Positions 18,476 through 28,879 of a stretch of DNA of 32,000 nt are shown here, one piece after another. Made by a program: the position numbers and the translations under genes. Origin of the DNA: Methanococcus maripaludis (GTDB taxonomy: Archaea > AGJL01 > Methanococci > Methanococcales > Methanococcaceae). The stretch spans positions 390,001-422,000 of the forward strand of contig NZ_CP026606.1 in assembly GCF_002945325.1 (NCBI RefSeq). Direction: 5' to 3'. The notes below the pieces were generated by a model. The model had not been told where the DNA came from. It did no database searches and worked only from the letters and a program-made list of their open reading frames with translations. Every line of letters begins with the position of its first letter. The stretch's first letter is position 1.

Positions 18476-19390
18476 ATGGATTTATTAACACTCTGGAATT
18501 TAGAGCGAGAAGAAGTTTTAAAAATTATTGAAGATGCTGAATACTTTAAGAAAAATAGATACGGGCATGAAATACTCAAAAATAAGAGTATCGCATTGAT
18601 TTTTGAAAGCCCGTCTACAAGAACCAGAATGAGTTTTGACCTTGCAGTAAATGAACTTGGTGGGCACTCCTTGATGATGAATGAAGGAGAAATCCACCTT
18701 GGGAAAAAAGAAAGCATTGCTGACACTGCACGAGTTATGAGCAGATTTGTTGATGCAATCGTTGCAAGAGTTAAAAATCACAAAACACTGGAAGATCTTG
18801 CAGAATATGGGAGTGTTCCCGTAATTAATGCACTCTGCGACCTTGCACACCCTTGCCAGATATTGGCAGATTTACTTACGATGAAAGAAAGTGGCAAAAA
18901 CTTCAAAGGATTAAAATTAGCATACTTTGGTGATGGAAACAACGTATCAAACTCACTAATGATTGCTGGAGCAATTTTGGGAATGGATGTTGTTATTGCA
19001 ACTCCTAGAAGTTATGAACCAAACGGACTTTTCGTTAAAAAAGCGCTTGAAATAATTGCAAAATATGGGGAAGGAAGTTTAACATTAACTGATGACCCAG
19101 AAATTGCTGCAAAAGATGCCGATGTTTTATATACTGACGTATGGATCAGTATGAGTGACAAAAATAAACAGATGGATGAAATATTAAAAATATTCCCAAA
19201 ATTCCAGATAAATGCTGAAATTTTATCAAAAGCAAAAAAAGATGCAATAGTACTCCACTGCCTTCCTGCAAACAGGGGATTAGAAATTACTGATGAAGTA
19301 ATCGATGGAAAACATTCAAAAGTATTTGATCAAGCTGAAAACAGGTTGCACGCTCAAAAAGCAGTATTAAAATACATTTTTGAACATTAA
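18476..19390 (+). CDS. argF: Ornithine carbamoyltransferase
   Basis: [65 protein letters not shown] ribosome-binding site before ATG 18476; track start 18410 is too far upstream. Confidence 0.95.
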   Translation: MDLLTLWNLEREEVLKIIEDAEYFKKNRYGHEILKNKSIALIFESPSTRTRMSFDLAVNELGGHSLMMNEGEIHLGKKESIADTARVMSRFVDAIVARVKNHKTLEDLAEYGSVPVINALCDLAHPCQILADLLTMKESGKNFKGLKLAYFGDGNNVSNSLMIAGAILGMDVVIATPRSYEPNGLFVKKALEIIAKYGEGSLTLTDDPEIAAKDADVLYTDVWISMSDKNKQMDEILKIFPKFQINAEILSKAKKDAIVLHCLPANRGLEITDEVIDGKHSKVFDQAENRLHAQKAVLKYIFEH

Positions 19391-19411
19391 TTTAAGTTTA
19401 CTTTTTATTTT

Positions 19412-20302
19412 TTAATTTTTAACTGTATCAGAAACTTTACTTTTTTCGATTGTAACAATTATTACCGAAATTAAAACTAAAATACTTCCTAAACCAATTT
19501 TAAAGCTCAATACTTCATTTAATAACAGTATACCAAGAATTATACTTACAATTGGTTCTAGTGTGCTCAATATCGCGGTATTTGACGGACCTATCAATTT
19601 TATTCCTTCTAAAAATGCAATCAGTGCCAAAACCGTGCAAAATATCGAAATAATTCCAATCGATGCGTAACTTGAAAATGCCATGTTTAATGTTAAATTA
19701 TTTGTAAATAGGCCGTAAATAAAAAGTAAAACTGAAGAAAGAATCGATAAATAAAATATAGTTACATAAGAGTCTATTTTTGAATATTTGCATTTTCCAG
19801 CAGAAACAATGTATCCTGCATAAACTAAACCCGATCCTGCTGCAAGTAACACCCCATAAATATCAAAACCGGTACAGTTTCCACCCAAAAGACAGTACAT
19901 TCCCAAAAATGAAAAAATAAGTGCCAAAACCTTATTAATCCCTAAATTTTCATTAAAAATACTTATCATTAATAATGTAACCGTTACAGGGTATATAAAG
20001 TGAAGTGTAGTTGCAATGCCTGTCGGTATATAATTATAAGCTTCATAAAGGAATACCGTGTTTAAAGCGTACAAAAATGCGCCATAAAATAAAATTTCTA
20101 CAAAATTGTGCCCTGAAATTTTTAAACTTATTTTTTTAAATTTTAAAAATACGTATAAAATTAATCCTGCAATCAAAAAACGAAACATTAGTGTAGTAAC
20201 TGCATTTGCTCCGCCGTCATATGCAAATTTAGTCAAAAAAGGCATTATACCAAATGCAACGGATGAATAAATTGTATATGCAGTTCCTTTTACTTTGTTC
20301 AT
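19412..20302 (-). CDS. EamA/DMT family transporter
   Basis: Ten hydrophobic segments; FLKFAYDGGANAVTTLMFRFLIAG-type N-terminus; GPSNTAILSTLEPIVSIILGILLLNEVLS. Confidence 0.88.
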   Translation of the reverse strand: MNKVKGTAYTIYSSVAFGIMPFLTKFAYDGGANAVTTLMFRFLIAGLILYVFLKFKKISLKISGHNFVEILFYGAFLYALNTVFLYEAYNYIPTGIATTLHFIYPVTVTLLMISIFNENLGINKVLALIFSFLGMYCLLGGNCTGFDIYGVLLAAGSGLVYAGYIVSAGKCKYSKIDSYVTIFYLSILSSVLLFIYGLFTNNLTLNMAFSSYASIGIISIFCTVLALIAFLEGIKLIGPSNTAILSTLEPIVSIILGILLLNEVLSFKIGLGSILVLISVIIVTIEKSKVSDTVKN

Positions 20303-20379
20303 TGTATAACTCGCGAATATCTTTAAGAACTATTGATAAATCGCTTTATGTATATAAATATTGCTAAGTTACATAAAAA

Positions 20380-21039
20380 TTATCTTTCAAAAGCGCCATT
20401 TAGCTTTTTTTCAATTTTCCACGAGCTTATCGAGATTATTGACACCAATAATAAATAAATAAGTCCTATTGTTAAGTATATCTCAAAAGGTCTCGATGTT
20501 CTTGTATAAATTAACTGCCCTATTCGTGTGAGTTCGGTAATGGCAAGAACAGATATTAACGAACTTTCTTTTAAAATTGACGAAAATGAATTTACAAGAG
20601 GCGGGATAGTTATCCTGAAAGCTTGTGGAAGTACAATATAAACCATACTTTCAATTTTGCCCATTCCAAGTGATTCTGCGGCCTCAAACTGGCCTACTGG
20701 AACTGACTGTATCGCAGCCCTTATTATCTCTGAAATATATGCTCCGCCATTTAAGGAGAGTCCAAGAACTGCTGCAAAAGTGCCTGACATTGTAATTCCA
20801 ACCGATGGAAGCCCATAATATATAAAAAACAGCTGGATTAAAAGAGGAGTTCCCCTAAAAACTTCGACATAAGCCATTAAAACTAGGTCTAAGGTTTTTG
20901 AAAAATTCATTGCTCGTATGGAACCAACTAAAACTGCGATAATAACAGACAGCAAAAAAGACATTATCGTTATTTTTAGAGTAACAAAAACTGCATCGAT
21001 AATGAAAGGAATATTGTCAAAAACAATGTAAAATTTCAT
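20380..21039 (-). CDS. Polar amino-acid ABC transporter permease (HisM/GlnP family)
   Basis: EVFRGTPLLIQLFFIYYGLP, LSLNGGAYISEIIRAAIQSVPVGQFEAAESLGM, VLPQAFRITIPPLVNSF. Confidence 0.92.
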   Translation of the reverse strand: MKFYIVFDNIPFIIDAVFVTLKITIMSFLLSVIIAVLVGSIRAMNFSKTLDLVLMAYVEVFRGTPLLIQLFFIYYGLPSVGITMSGTFAAVLGLSLNGGAYISEIIRAAIQSVPVGQFEAAESLGMGKIESMVYIVLPQAFRITIPPLVNSFSSILKESSLISVLAITELTRIGQLIYTRTSRPFEIYLTIGLIYLLLVSIISISSWKIEKKLNGAFER

Positions 21040-21073
21040 AAAAACACCAAAATTAGTTTAAAAGTTTAGAAAA

Positions 21074-21868
21074 TTATTCTAAACTCAACCATTTGTCTTG
21101 GATTTCATCGTATTTTCCATTTTCTTTTATTTTTGAAAGTGCTTCATTTAATTTAACAGTTAGTTCTTTTGCACCTTCTTTTTGAACCATTACAATTTCT
21201 GCAGAAGACATTGGAGTATCGAGAACTTTTAAATCAGGATATTTTGAAATTTCAGATAATACGTAAGTATATCCAACAACAACTGCGTCAGATCTGTTAT
21301 TTTGAAGATCAATCATTGCTTCAGGATTGTAGTTATATCTTTTTATTTCTTTTATTCCCAAAAGTGCATCAACTGCCTGTTCACTGCCTGAACCAAGCTG
21401 TACCCCAACTATTTTTCCAGATAAATCTGAAACATTGTTTATTTCATTGTTATCATTTCTTACAACAATTACATCATTTAATTCGTAGTAAACGTCACTC
21501 ATTTCTACATTTTCAACAGATGCTTCTTTTTTAGACATGCAAGTGATTAATGTATCATAATCTCCTTTTGAAAGCCCGCCTAAAAGTGCTTGCCATTCTG
21601 CATCAACAATTTCAACTTCAATTCCTAGTTCTTCACCAAGAGCATTTGCAAGGTCTACATCAAAACCTTCGATTTCGCCAGTTTTTTCATTTCTTGATTC
21701 AAATGGTGGCCATGCTGCACAAAGTCCTACTTTTAATACACCACTTTCTTCAACATTTTTCCAAGAATTATCTTCAGTAGTTTGAGCTTCAGAATTGGAA
21801 ACACAACCTGAAAACGCTAAAACTGCCCCAATAAGCCCTATAATCAATATTAGTACTTTATTATTCAT
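21074..21868 (-). CDS. Amino-acid ABC transporter substrate-binding lipoprotein
   Basis: Lipobox LAFSGC; GVLKVGLCAAWPPFESRNEKTGEIEGFDVDLANALGEELGI; GGTGA ribosome-binding site before the ATG at 21868. Confidence 0.92.
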   Translation of the reverse strand: MNNKVLILIIGLIGAVLAFSGCVSNSEAQTTEDNSWKNVEESGVLKVGLCAAWPPFESRNEKTGEIEGFDVDLANALGEELGIEVEIVDAEWQALLGGLSKGDYDTLITCMSKKEASVENVEMSDVYYELNDVIVVRNDNNEINNVSDLSGKIVGVQLGSGSEQAVDALLGIKEIKRYNYNPEAMIDLQNNRSDAVVVGYTYVLSEISKYPDLKVLDTPMSSAEIVMVQKEGAKELTVKLNEALSKIKENGKYDEIQDKWLSLE

Positions 21869-22037
21869 GTAAACTTCACCAAATGTTCTTTTAAGAATAT
21901 TCATTCTAAATTGTCTATTAAAATATATATTAATTGTTGAAAAATTAGCTAATATTTAATTAATACATTAATTTTACTAATAGCCAATATACTGAAAAAT
22001 GAGCAGAAAACTAAATTTATAAAAAATTAAAAAAGAA

Positions 22038-22586
22038 TTAAATAAATCTTTTTAAATATTCAAGGGAATTTTCGATATTTTCTTCATCAATTGCAACACA
22101 TTTGATTGTTATTTCATTCTCATTGAGTATTTTTAAAATTTCATCCATAAATATCCCTTTTTCAGGAATCATTTCTAATTTTTCAACTTTTTCGGCCATA
22201 TTTCCATTGCTAGAATACCCGCCCCATTCTTTTGAAGAACAGGTTTCATTTATCCCACAACTTGGACTTTTATCAATTCCAATTAATAGTGGTACTTCAT
22301 AGCCATTTTTTATATAATCTTGAACCTGTTCTAAAATTGGTTGAAATAATTTCCGGCTTACATTTCTAAAATGGGGGGTATCAAACTGTTCTTTTACATG
22401 GCCCCATCTTTTTATTCCATAAATTGCCATTTCAGGACAGGGCATTTGAATAATTCCATAACCTTCATCCATTAAATAATTCATAACGTCTTTTAACATA
22501 CCGCCGTATTCGGATAAGCCTTCAACTTTTGAATTGGCGTTTAAAATACAGTGTGATACAAGTGCTATTTTTTTATTCCTTTTCAT
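22038..22586 (-). CDS. TudS/DUF523-related putative desulfidase
   Basis: KIALVSHCILNANSKVEG, GIIQMPCPEMAIYGIKRWG, GIDKSPSCGINETC: cysteine pattern of the 2-thiouracil desulfidase-related family. Confidence 0.7.
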   Translation of the reverse strand: MKRNKKIALVSHCILNANSKVEGLSEYGGMLKDVMNYLMDEGYGIIQMPCPEMAIYGIKRWGHVKEQFDTPHFRNVSRKLFQPILEQVQDYIKNGYEVPLLIGIDKSPSCGINETCSSKEWGGYSSNGNMAEKVEKLEMIPEKGIFMDEILKILNENEITIKCVAIDEENIENSLEYLKRFI

Positions 22587-22595
22587 TTTATCCTC

Positions 22596-23168
22596 TTAAA
22601 TTACGCCTTTTGTACTTACAATTCCTTTTCTTTCGTCTATTTGCGTTGCCATATCCATTGCAACACCGAATGCCTTAAAGAGAGCTTCTACTTTGTGGTG
22701 TTCGTTTTCACCAGTTACTTCGAAATGTAAATTTATTTTTGCATTGTTTGAGAATGATTCAAAGAAGTGTACCACATTTTCAGTTGAAAAACTGCCTATT
22801 CTTTCAGTGTTTGGAACATAATTTCCAACAACAAATGGCCTTCCGCCAATATCAATAGATACTGTTGCTTTTGCCTCATCCATTGGAATTATTGCCCACC
22901 CAAATCTTTTGATGTTCTTCTTTTCCATGTTTTCAAATGCTTTACCTAAAACAATACCGACATCTTCTACAGTGTGGTGGTCATCGATCTCTAAATCCCC
23001 TAAAACATCCAATTTTAAATCAAATGAACCGTGTTTAGCAAATGACGATAAAACATGGTCAAAAAAAGGAACTCCGGTAGTTATTGAATATTTTCCTGTC
23101 CCGTCAATGTTTAATTCAAGCTGTATTTTTGTTTCATTGGTATCTCTTTTTACTTTGAAGGCTCTCAT
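22596..23168 (-). CDS. hisB: Imidazoleglycerol-phosphate dehydratase
   Basis: [68 protein letters not shown]; GGGGGAT then ATG at 23168. Confidence 0.96.
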   Translation of the reverse strand: MRAFKVKRDTNETKIQLELNIDGTGKYSITTGVPFFDHVLSSFAKHGSFDLKLDVLGDLEIDDHHTVEDVGIVLGKAFENMEKKNIKRFGWAIIPMDEAKATVSIDIGGRPFVVGNYVPNTERIGSFSTENVVHFFESFSNNAKINLHFEVTGENEHHKVEALFKAFGVAMDMATQIDERKGIVSTKGVI

Positions 23169-23243
23169 GATATCCCCCAATTTTTGGCTAATAATATATT
23201 ATATCCCGTTATTTATACTTTTAATCAGGTATCCTTTAAAAGT

Positions 23244-24548
23244 TTATTTTTTCAACTGTTCGCCTACAATTTCGTTAACTTTTTCCAAAAATTCATTCAT
23301 GTAGTTTTTCTGAATCGCAGCACCTGATGCGATATTGTGTCCACCACCATCTCCACCAAATTCTTTTGAAACTGCCATTGCCTCAGAAAGATTTAACCCG
23401 CATTCAACAAGTTCTTTACTGCCTCTCGAAGAAACCTTATAAATTTCGCCCTGCTCATTAAATCCAAGTACGGGCTTATCTTTTACCATTAAAGCTGATA
23501 TTATGCCAGTTTTTCCCTTTTCCCCGATAAAATATTCAATATTTTCCATCGAGGTTAGTTTTACATTTTTTAATTCTTCGATTAGTTCGTCTTTATATTT
23601 TTTGTATAAATTCTCGCCCTGTCTGATGCATTCATCATCTCCAAGCAAAATTCCAATTCCTACTGAGGTCATCTCTTTTCTACCGCAAGCATTTAAAACT
23701 TCGGAAAGATAAAACGCATCGTTTAATTTATGATTTATTTCGTACCGATCAGCAATTAATTCGTTATTTTTGTTAAAACTTTTGAAATATTCGAGCAAAT
23801 TTTCTTTTTCAGCCACAGTTATTCCTTTTTTTTCAGGATTTATACCTAATTCTTCAAGAATTTCTTTTATTTTATCAATACTATCCAATTCTCGAATATA
23901 AGGCTGGGTTGAGTAATATATTGAACTTGAAATTGGTAAATTGTAACAATTATAGACAATATCTTTTATAACGCTCAAATAACGGTATTTTCTAGCTTCA
24001 TTTAAAATATATTTATTTAATCCAATAAATGGCAGATGCTGCATGTCCCCAATTGCTCCAACAATTGCAACAGTTGCTAAATCATAATATTCAAACAATC
24101 TTGCAATTAAATAACAAACACCACTTGCAGAAATTTCTTTTGCACCGTTTGCCCCAAATAAATGAGGATTTAACTGTAAAATATTCCCAATCTCGGTTTC
24201 TGCAACTTCTGGCGGGTGGTGGTCCAGAATTACTGCATTGAATTGAAACTTATTTATCAGGTTAATCTGACCGCTTCCCATGTCACAAAATATAAACATT
24301 TTATCGCTTTCTTTTGAAAGTTCTTCGACTGATTCTTTTGATAAATGCTCCAAAATAGTCATGTGCACATTTTTATTTAGCCTTAGAAGTGTTTTCAACA
24401 TTATTGAACCCGCGGTCAGCCCATCGGGATCGTGATGTGTAACGATTCTTATTAATCCGTCACAATTTTCTATTTTTTCTTTTATTTTTCCAGTTATCTG
24501 GTTAAATTTAGAAATGTCTTCAATCGGGAGTATATCCATAAAAATCAC
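23244..24548 (-). CDS. DHH-family phosphoesterase (archaeal RecJ-like)
   Basis: IVTHHDPDGLTAGSIMLKTLL, FCDMGSG, VILDHHPPE, C-terminal FGGDGGGHNIASGAAI (DHHA1). Confidence 0.88.
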   Translation of the reverse strand: MIFMDILPIEDISKFNQITGKIKEKIENCDGLIRIVTHHDPDGLTAGSIMLKTLLRLNKNVHMTILEHLSKESVEELSKESDKMFIFCDMGSGQINLINKFQFNAVILDHHPPEVAETEIGNILQLNPHLFGANGAKEISASGVCYLIARLFEYYDLATVAIVGAIGDMQHLPFIGLNKYILNEARKYRYLSVIKDIVYNCYNLPISSSIYYSTQPYIRELDSIDKIKEILEELGINPEKKGITVAEKENLLEYFKSFNKNNELIADRYEINHKLNDAFYLSEVLNACGRKEMTSVGIGILLGDDECIRQGENLYKKYKDELIEELKNVKLTSMENIEYFIGEKGKTGIISALMVKDKPVLGFNEQGEIYKVSSRGSKELVECGLNLSEAMAVSKEFGGDGGGHNIASGAAIQKNYMNEFLEKVNEIVGEQLKK

Positions 24549-24600
24549 TTAAAAAAAGTTTTACATTTAATATATTTAACAAAATTAAAAAAAGTATTGG

Positions 24601-25212
24601 TTAACATCCAGTATACGTTGATTTTTCAACTACAGGACCATTTGGAATAAGTTCTTCAAACACCTGTGCTTGGAAAGACTTTATTTTAACGTCATATTCG
24701 ATCCAGGCAGTTGTGGGAAGCCCTGCTTTTAAACAGAGATTGGATAAAAACTGTTTTGTATCCCAATTATATTCTGTAGCCACCTGTGGAAGTAACAGCC
24801 CCCGGTATGGCCCAAATTCGATGATAAGTCCATCCCGTCCAACTTCAAGTTTTTCTAGATATTCCATCGAATCTTCGACTTCAACATCTTCAGGCGGTGT
24901 TAAAACACTAACTTCTATAATCGTATTTTTAAGTTCAGAATGTTTTAATGGCTGGAATCTAGGATCATGAACCGCTGCACTTATCGATGTTTCTTTTATT
25001 GCATCGATTAGTGACATTGCTGGCTCAGGAATTCCAATACATCCTCTTAAATCGTGTTCAGGATGCGTATGAAGCGATACAAATACTCCAAAAACATTGT
25101 TAAATTTATCAGGATATTTTTGGATATCTGGTTCTTCGCCTTTTAAATACTGTTTTATAACATTTCTAACATAACCGACTAATGAAGTCCCCTCTTCAAG
25201 CGTTAGTTTCAA
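24601..25212 (-). CDS. AMMECR1 domain protein (AmmeMemoRadiSam system protein A)
   Basis: GVFVSLHTHPEHDLRGCIGIPEP, AVHDPRFQPLKHSEL, IEFGPYRGLLLPQVATEYNWD; GGGGGGAT ribosome-binding site with TTG start. Confidence 0.93.
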   Translation of the reverse strand: MKLTLEEGTSLVGYVRNVIKQYLKGEEPDIQKYPDKFNNVFGVFVSLHTHPEHDLRGCIGIPEPAMSLIDAIKETSISAAVHDPRFQPLKHSELKNTIIEVSVLTPPEDVEVEDSMEYLEKLEVGRDGLIIEFGPYRGLLLPQVATEYNWDTKQFLSNLCLKAGLPTTAWIEYDVKIKSFQAQVFEELIPNGPVVEKSTYTGC

Positions 25213-25428
25213 TTTAAATCCCCCCTTATAATATAAAAACTAAAATAAGCCATTTATTTTATTATATCGCCTTTTTATCGATTAATTTATAAATTGGAAT
25301 AATTTTTGGAAAATACTACTGTTAAAAATTTTGTGTCATCAATTATAAATATTCTCGGATTAGATTTTTATGTTAATTAAATAACTAAAAAATACGAAAA
25401 ACGCTGTTAAAAATTAAAAAAAGAATAT

Positions 25429-27279
25429 TTAACATTCATAAATTATTTTTCCAGTATCTTTTGACTTTTTAAACGGAAGTTCTTCTTTTTTGAGTGTTTC
25501 TATAAATTTAATTATGTCTTCGTCGTACAATTTCTCTTTAGGTATTAAAAGATCGTAATATTCATCTGCAATAGGGATAAATTCAAGACCGTAGTGGTCA
25601 GAAATCGTACTTATTCCAAGACCAATCTGTGCTTTACCCATCGAAACCGCTGCCCCAACTGCAGAATGGGTTTTTGCCTCGATATCATACCCATCAATTG
25701 AATTTTTATCGACATTGTTCTCTTTTAAAAATTTATCAAAGAGAATCCTCGTTCCAGAACCTTTATTTCTATTAATTATCCGGTAATCTCGAATTTTTTC
25801 GATTAAATCATCTATTGATTTTATTCCAAGCTCTTTTTTAAACATAAAACCCTGTTCACGGATATATCCCCTGACTAAAACAGCATCTGATACATTGTAC
25901 TTTTTAAGGTAAGATATATTATATTCGCCATTGTTGTCTAAAAGGTGAATTCCTGCAATATCAGCTTCTTTTCTTTTTACAGCCATTATTCCGCCAAGCG
26001 ATCCAGTATTTACAGTTCTTGCAAGAATCTGACCTTTCCTTAGTATTCTGTCAATTCCGACACAGTGGCTTCCAATAATATTAAGCCCAATTCTAATGTC
26101 GCCAAACATGTGAACATCAAATATCTCATCTTCGACAATTTCCTTGTTTTCGGGAATTATAATGTATCCATCAGCATAAGTAAGCGAAGTTATTGCTTCA
26201 CTTCCCTTTAAAACAGGGTATGCACCGTAACCATCTTTTCCACGAATTATTGAGACTGGAAGGTATTCTTCCCTTCCCTTAGCAGACATGTATCTATTAT
26301 AGACCTGTGCCCGCATTGTTTTTCCTTTTTCATTGAATAAAACGTCAAAAATTGTTAAACACGATGTTGGATATCCTGGAAGCCCCACAACCAGTTTTTT
26401 TCCAATTCTTCCGATAATAGTTGGTTTTCCAGGTTTTATTTTTATTCCGTGTACTAAGATTTCCCCGCCGAGTTCTTCGATTGCAGTACTCGTTAAATCG
26501 CCAACTCCTGCAGAAGTTCCGCCACTTAACAGGATTACATCCTCATTCATTGCTTTTTTCAATTTTTCCATTAAATCTTCTTTATTATCCCTTACAATCC
26601 CATAAAAATTAAAATTCCATCCTTTTTGTAAAATAGATGATGCTATCGTGTAGGTATTTACGTCATAAATTTTATAAGGTTCTAATTTCTCATCAGGGTT
26701 TATAAGTTCATTTCCAGTAGATAATAACCCGATGCTTGGATTTTTAAATACTTTCAACTTATTTTTTCCAACAGCAGATATTGCACCGATATCTCTTGGA
26801 GAAATAACAGTATTTTTTCGCATTATAAGTTCCCCAACCATTATATCGTTTCCACAGGGCTGGATATTTTCATGCGGAGAAACTGCTTTATAGAGTTTTA
26901 CCGAATTGCCATTAATTTCTGCAAATTCTACCATAACTACTGCATCAGCACCTTTTGGAAGAGGGGCCCCTGTTGCAATCTCCATACACTGTCCTGAAGC
27001 TATTTCTAAATCAGAATTTCCTCCAGCACGTATTTTATCAATTATTTCAAGAGTAACAGGTTTATCCTCTTCAACTTCATAAGTATCCTTTGCCCTCACG
27101 GCATAACCATCCATTCTTGAACGGTCAAACGGAGGCACATCTACATTTGAAACTATGTCTTCTGCAAGCATCCTTCCCGGAAGTTCAAAAAGACTTATTT
27201 CTTCAGTGCTTAATTCATTTAAAAGAGTCCTTACAACTTCTTTAGCATGATCAATTGTACAAAGTTCTAGGTATCTCAA
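25429..27279 (-). CDS. moeA: Molybdopterin molybdotransferase MoeA with C-terminal PBP-like substrate-binding domain
   Basis: [54 protein letters not shown]; after about residue 400, [13 protein letters not shown]...AGIHLLD..YNI...[13 protein letters not shown]...[12 protein letters not shown] as in archaeal MoeA-PBP fusions. Confidence 0.93.
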   Translation of the reverse strand: MRYLELCTIDHAKEVVRTLLNELSTEEISLFELPGRMLAEDIVSNVDVPPFDRSRMDGYAVRAKDTYEVEEDKPVTLEIIDKIRAGGNSDLEIASGQCMEIATGAPLPKGADAVVMVEFAEINGNSVKLYKAVSPHENIQPCGNDIMVGELIMRKNTVISPRDIGAISAVGKNKLKVFKNPSIGLLSTGNELINPDEKLEPYKIYDVNTYTIASSILQKGWNFNFYGIVRDNKEDLMEKLKKAMNEDVILLSGGTSAGVGDLTSTAIEELGGEILVHGIKIKPGKPTIIGRIGKKLVVGLPGYPTSCLTIFDVLFNEKGKTMRAQVYNRYMSAKGREEYLPVSIIRGKDGYGAYPVLKGSEAITSLTYADGYIIIPENKEIVEDEIFDVHMFGDIRIGLNIIGSHCVGIDRILRKGQILARTVNTGSLGGIMAVKRKEADIAGIHLLDNNGEYNISYLKKYNVSDAVLVRGYIREQGFMFKKELGIKSIDDLIEKIRDYRIINRNKGSGTRILFDKFLKENNVDKNSIDGYDIEAKTHSAVGAAVSMGKAQIGLGISTISDHYGLEFIPIADEYYDLLIPKEKLYDEDIIKFIETLKKEELPFKKSKDTGKIIYEC

Positions 27280-27305
27280 GATATCACCAAATACTTAAAA
27301 ATAAA

Positions 27306-28334
27306 TTAAAGTATCATATCGATTTTTCTACCGCATTTTTGACATTTTGGAGTTTTCGAGGATGTATCAAGATGTAATTTTGGTTTTTGATGTCCAAAAC
27401 GATCCACGACTACAGATTTACAGTCCGGACAGTAAGTGTCATAACCTGCACTAAATGGAACATTTCCAGCATATACATAGTTTAATCCAGCATTTAACGC
27501 CATATCTCTTGCTTTTTTGATTACACCTATGCCCGTAGATGGAACTGTTGTCAATTTATAGTGTGGGTAAAATGCAGTGAAATGAAGCGGAGTGTCGACT
27601 CCAAGTTCATCTTTTACAAAATTTATTATGAATTCTATGTCTTTTGGATTATCATTGTACGTTGGAACGATTAAATTAGTAATTTCAACATGAATCCCCA
27701 GTTTTTTTGCTAAAATGCAAGTTTCAAGCACCGGTTCTAATTCTGCAAAACATATTTTTTTATAAAATTCACTATTTCCTTTTATATCAATATTCATCGC
27801 ATCAATTGCCAGCTTTTTCAAAGGTTCCTTTTCAATGTAACCATTTGTAACCATTACATTAAATAAATCGTTATTTTTTGCTATTTTCGCGGTTTCCTGC
27901 ATAAATTCATAAAATATGGTTGGTTCAGTATAAGTATACGCAATTCCTTCGCATAAATAATTTTTAGCAAGATCAACAACATCCTCAGGAGTTAATTCAC
28001 TAAAAGGAACATCTTCAGGCAACGACTGGCTTATTTCCCAGTTTTGACAGTGTTTACACCTGAAATTACACCCTGCAGTTGCGATTGAAAAAACGCTTGT
28101 ACCAGGTTTATAATTAAATAAAGGTTTTTTTTCTATTGGATCAACTGCTGTTGCACATATTTTTCCATAATTTACGGCATAAAGTTTGCAGTCAATGTTT
28201 TCACGACCACCGCATATACCCCGTCTTCCAGAAGAAATTACGCAGTGTTTCGGGCATAAATTACATTTTACCTTGCAATTTTCAAGTTTTTCGTAAAAAA
28301 GCGCTTCTTTTAACATCAAATCACTTCTTATCAA
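27306..28334 (-). CDS. AmmeMemoRadiSam system radical SAM enzyme (PflA-related)
   Basis: CNLCPKHCVISSGRRGICGGREN, GCNFRCKHCQNWEISQ, TYTEPTIFYEFM, C-terminal CPDC...CQKCG. Confidence 0.92.
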   Translation of the reverse strand: MIRSDLMLKEALFYEKLENCKVKCNLCPKHCVISSGRRGICGGRENIDCKLYAVNYGKICATAVDPIEKKPLFNYKPGTSVFSIATAGCNFRCKHCQNWEISQSLPEDVPFSELTPEDVVDLAKNYLCEGIAYTYTEPTIFYEFMQETAKIAKNNDLFNVMVTNGYIEKEPLKKLAIDAMNIDIKGNSEFYKKICFAELEPVLETCILAKKLGIHVEITNLIVPTYNDNPKDIEFIINFVKDELGVDTPLHFTAFYPHYKLTTVPSTGIGVIKKARDMALNAGLNYVYAGNVPFSAGYDTYCPDCKSVVVDRFGHQKPKLHLDTSSKTPKCQKCGRKIDMIL

Positions 28335-28855
28335 AGGTGATCATCTAAATTAAACATTTCCGTTATTGTCATCAGCACCTTGTTTTTGTGGATTATATTG
28401 TATGTTCTTTGGGGAATTTTAATCCTTTTTGGATTCAGTTTATTTTTAACAACATCTGGAACTTCTTTTACAGCTATTTCGACGATTTCTCGCCGTGTTT
28501 CTAAATTGTGAATCTTTAAAATTTTTCCAATAGGGATATCTGCCGAAAGAAGATCTTTTTTTATTTTTTCGCGTATATGTATTTCATCTATGCGGTTTAA
28601 TGGCGTCTCTGAAGTTGCATATATTAATGGAATTCCATTTACTCCAAGCAATACTGCTCTATAATTTACATTATCAATTATCTCTTGATACAATGTTTCA
28701 ACAACAACTTCGTCGCCGAAAAGAATTTCCAAAAGGTTTGTAATACTTCCATCAGTCCCGAGAAGAATTTTTTCTTCGTTATTTAACTCGTGTATTTTTG
28801 AAAGGTCACCTATGACAATATGAGGCTTTAAATATCTATCATCCATAATTTCCAC
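28331..28855 (-). CDS. DUF98-like / chorismate-lyase-like protein
   Basis: LGTDGSITNLLEILFGDEVVVETLYQ...YRAVLLGVNGIPLIYATSETPLNRI...IPIGKILKIHNLETRREIVEI; resembles the archaeal chorismate-lyase-like family. Start overlaps the amrS-like gene region (ATG overlap). Confidence 0.6.
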   Translation of the reverse strand: MEIMDDRYLKPHIVIGDLSKIHELNNEEKILLGTDGSITNLLEILFGDEVVVETLYQEIIDNVNYRAVLLGVNGIPLIYATSETPLNRIDEIHIREKIKKDLLSADIPIGKILKIHNLETRREIVEIAVKEVPDVVKNKLNPKRIKIPQRTYNIIHKNKVLMTITEMFNLDDHL

Positions 28856-28879
28856 TAATTGTTATCAATAAATTAAAAA

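Noticed and set aside
21905-22037. Longer intergenic gap between the lipoprotein gene and the TudS-like gene, considered as a hidden sRNA or small ORF
   Set aside because: Only AT-rich sequence with no GC-rich island, conserved-looking ORF or clear stem-loop.
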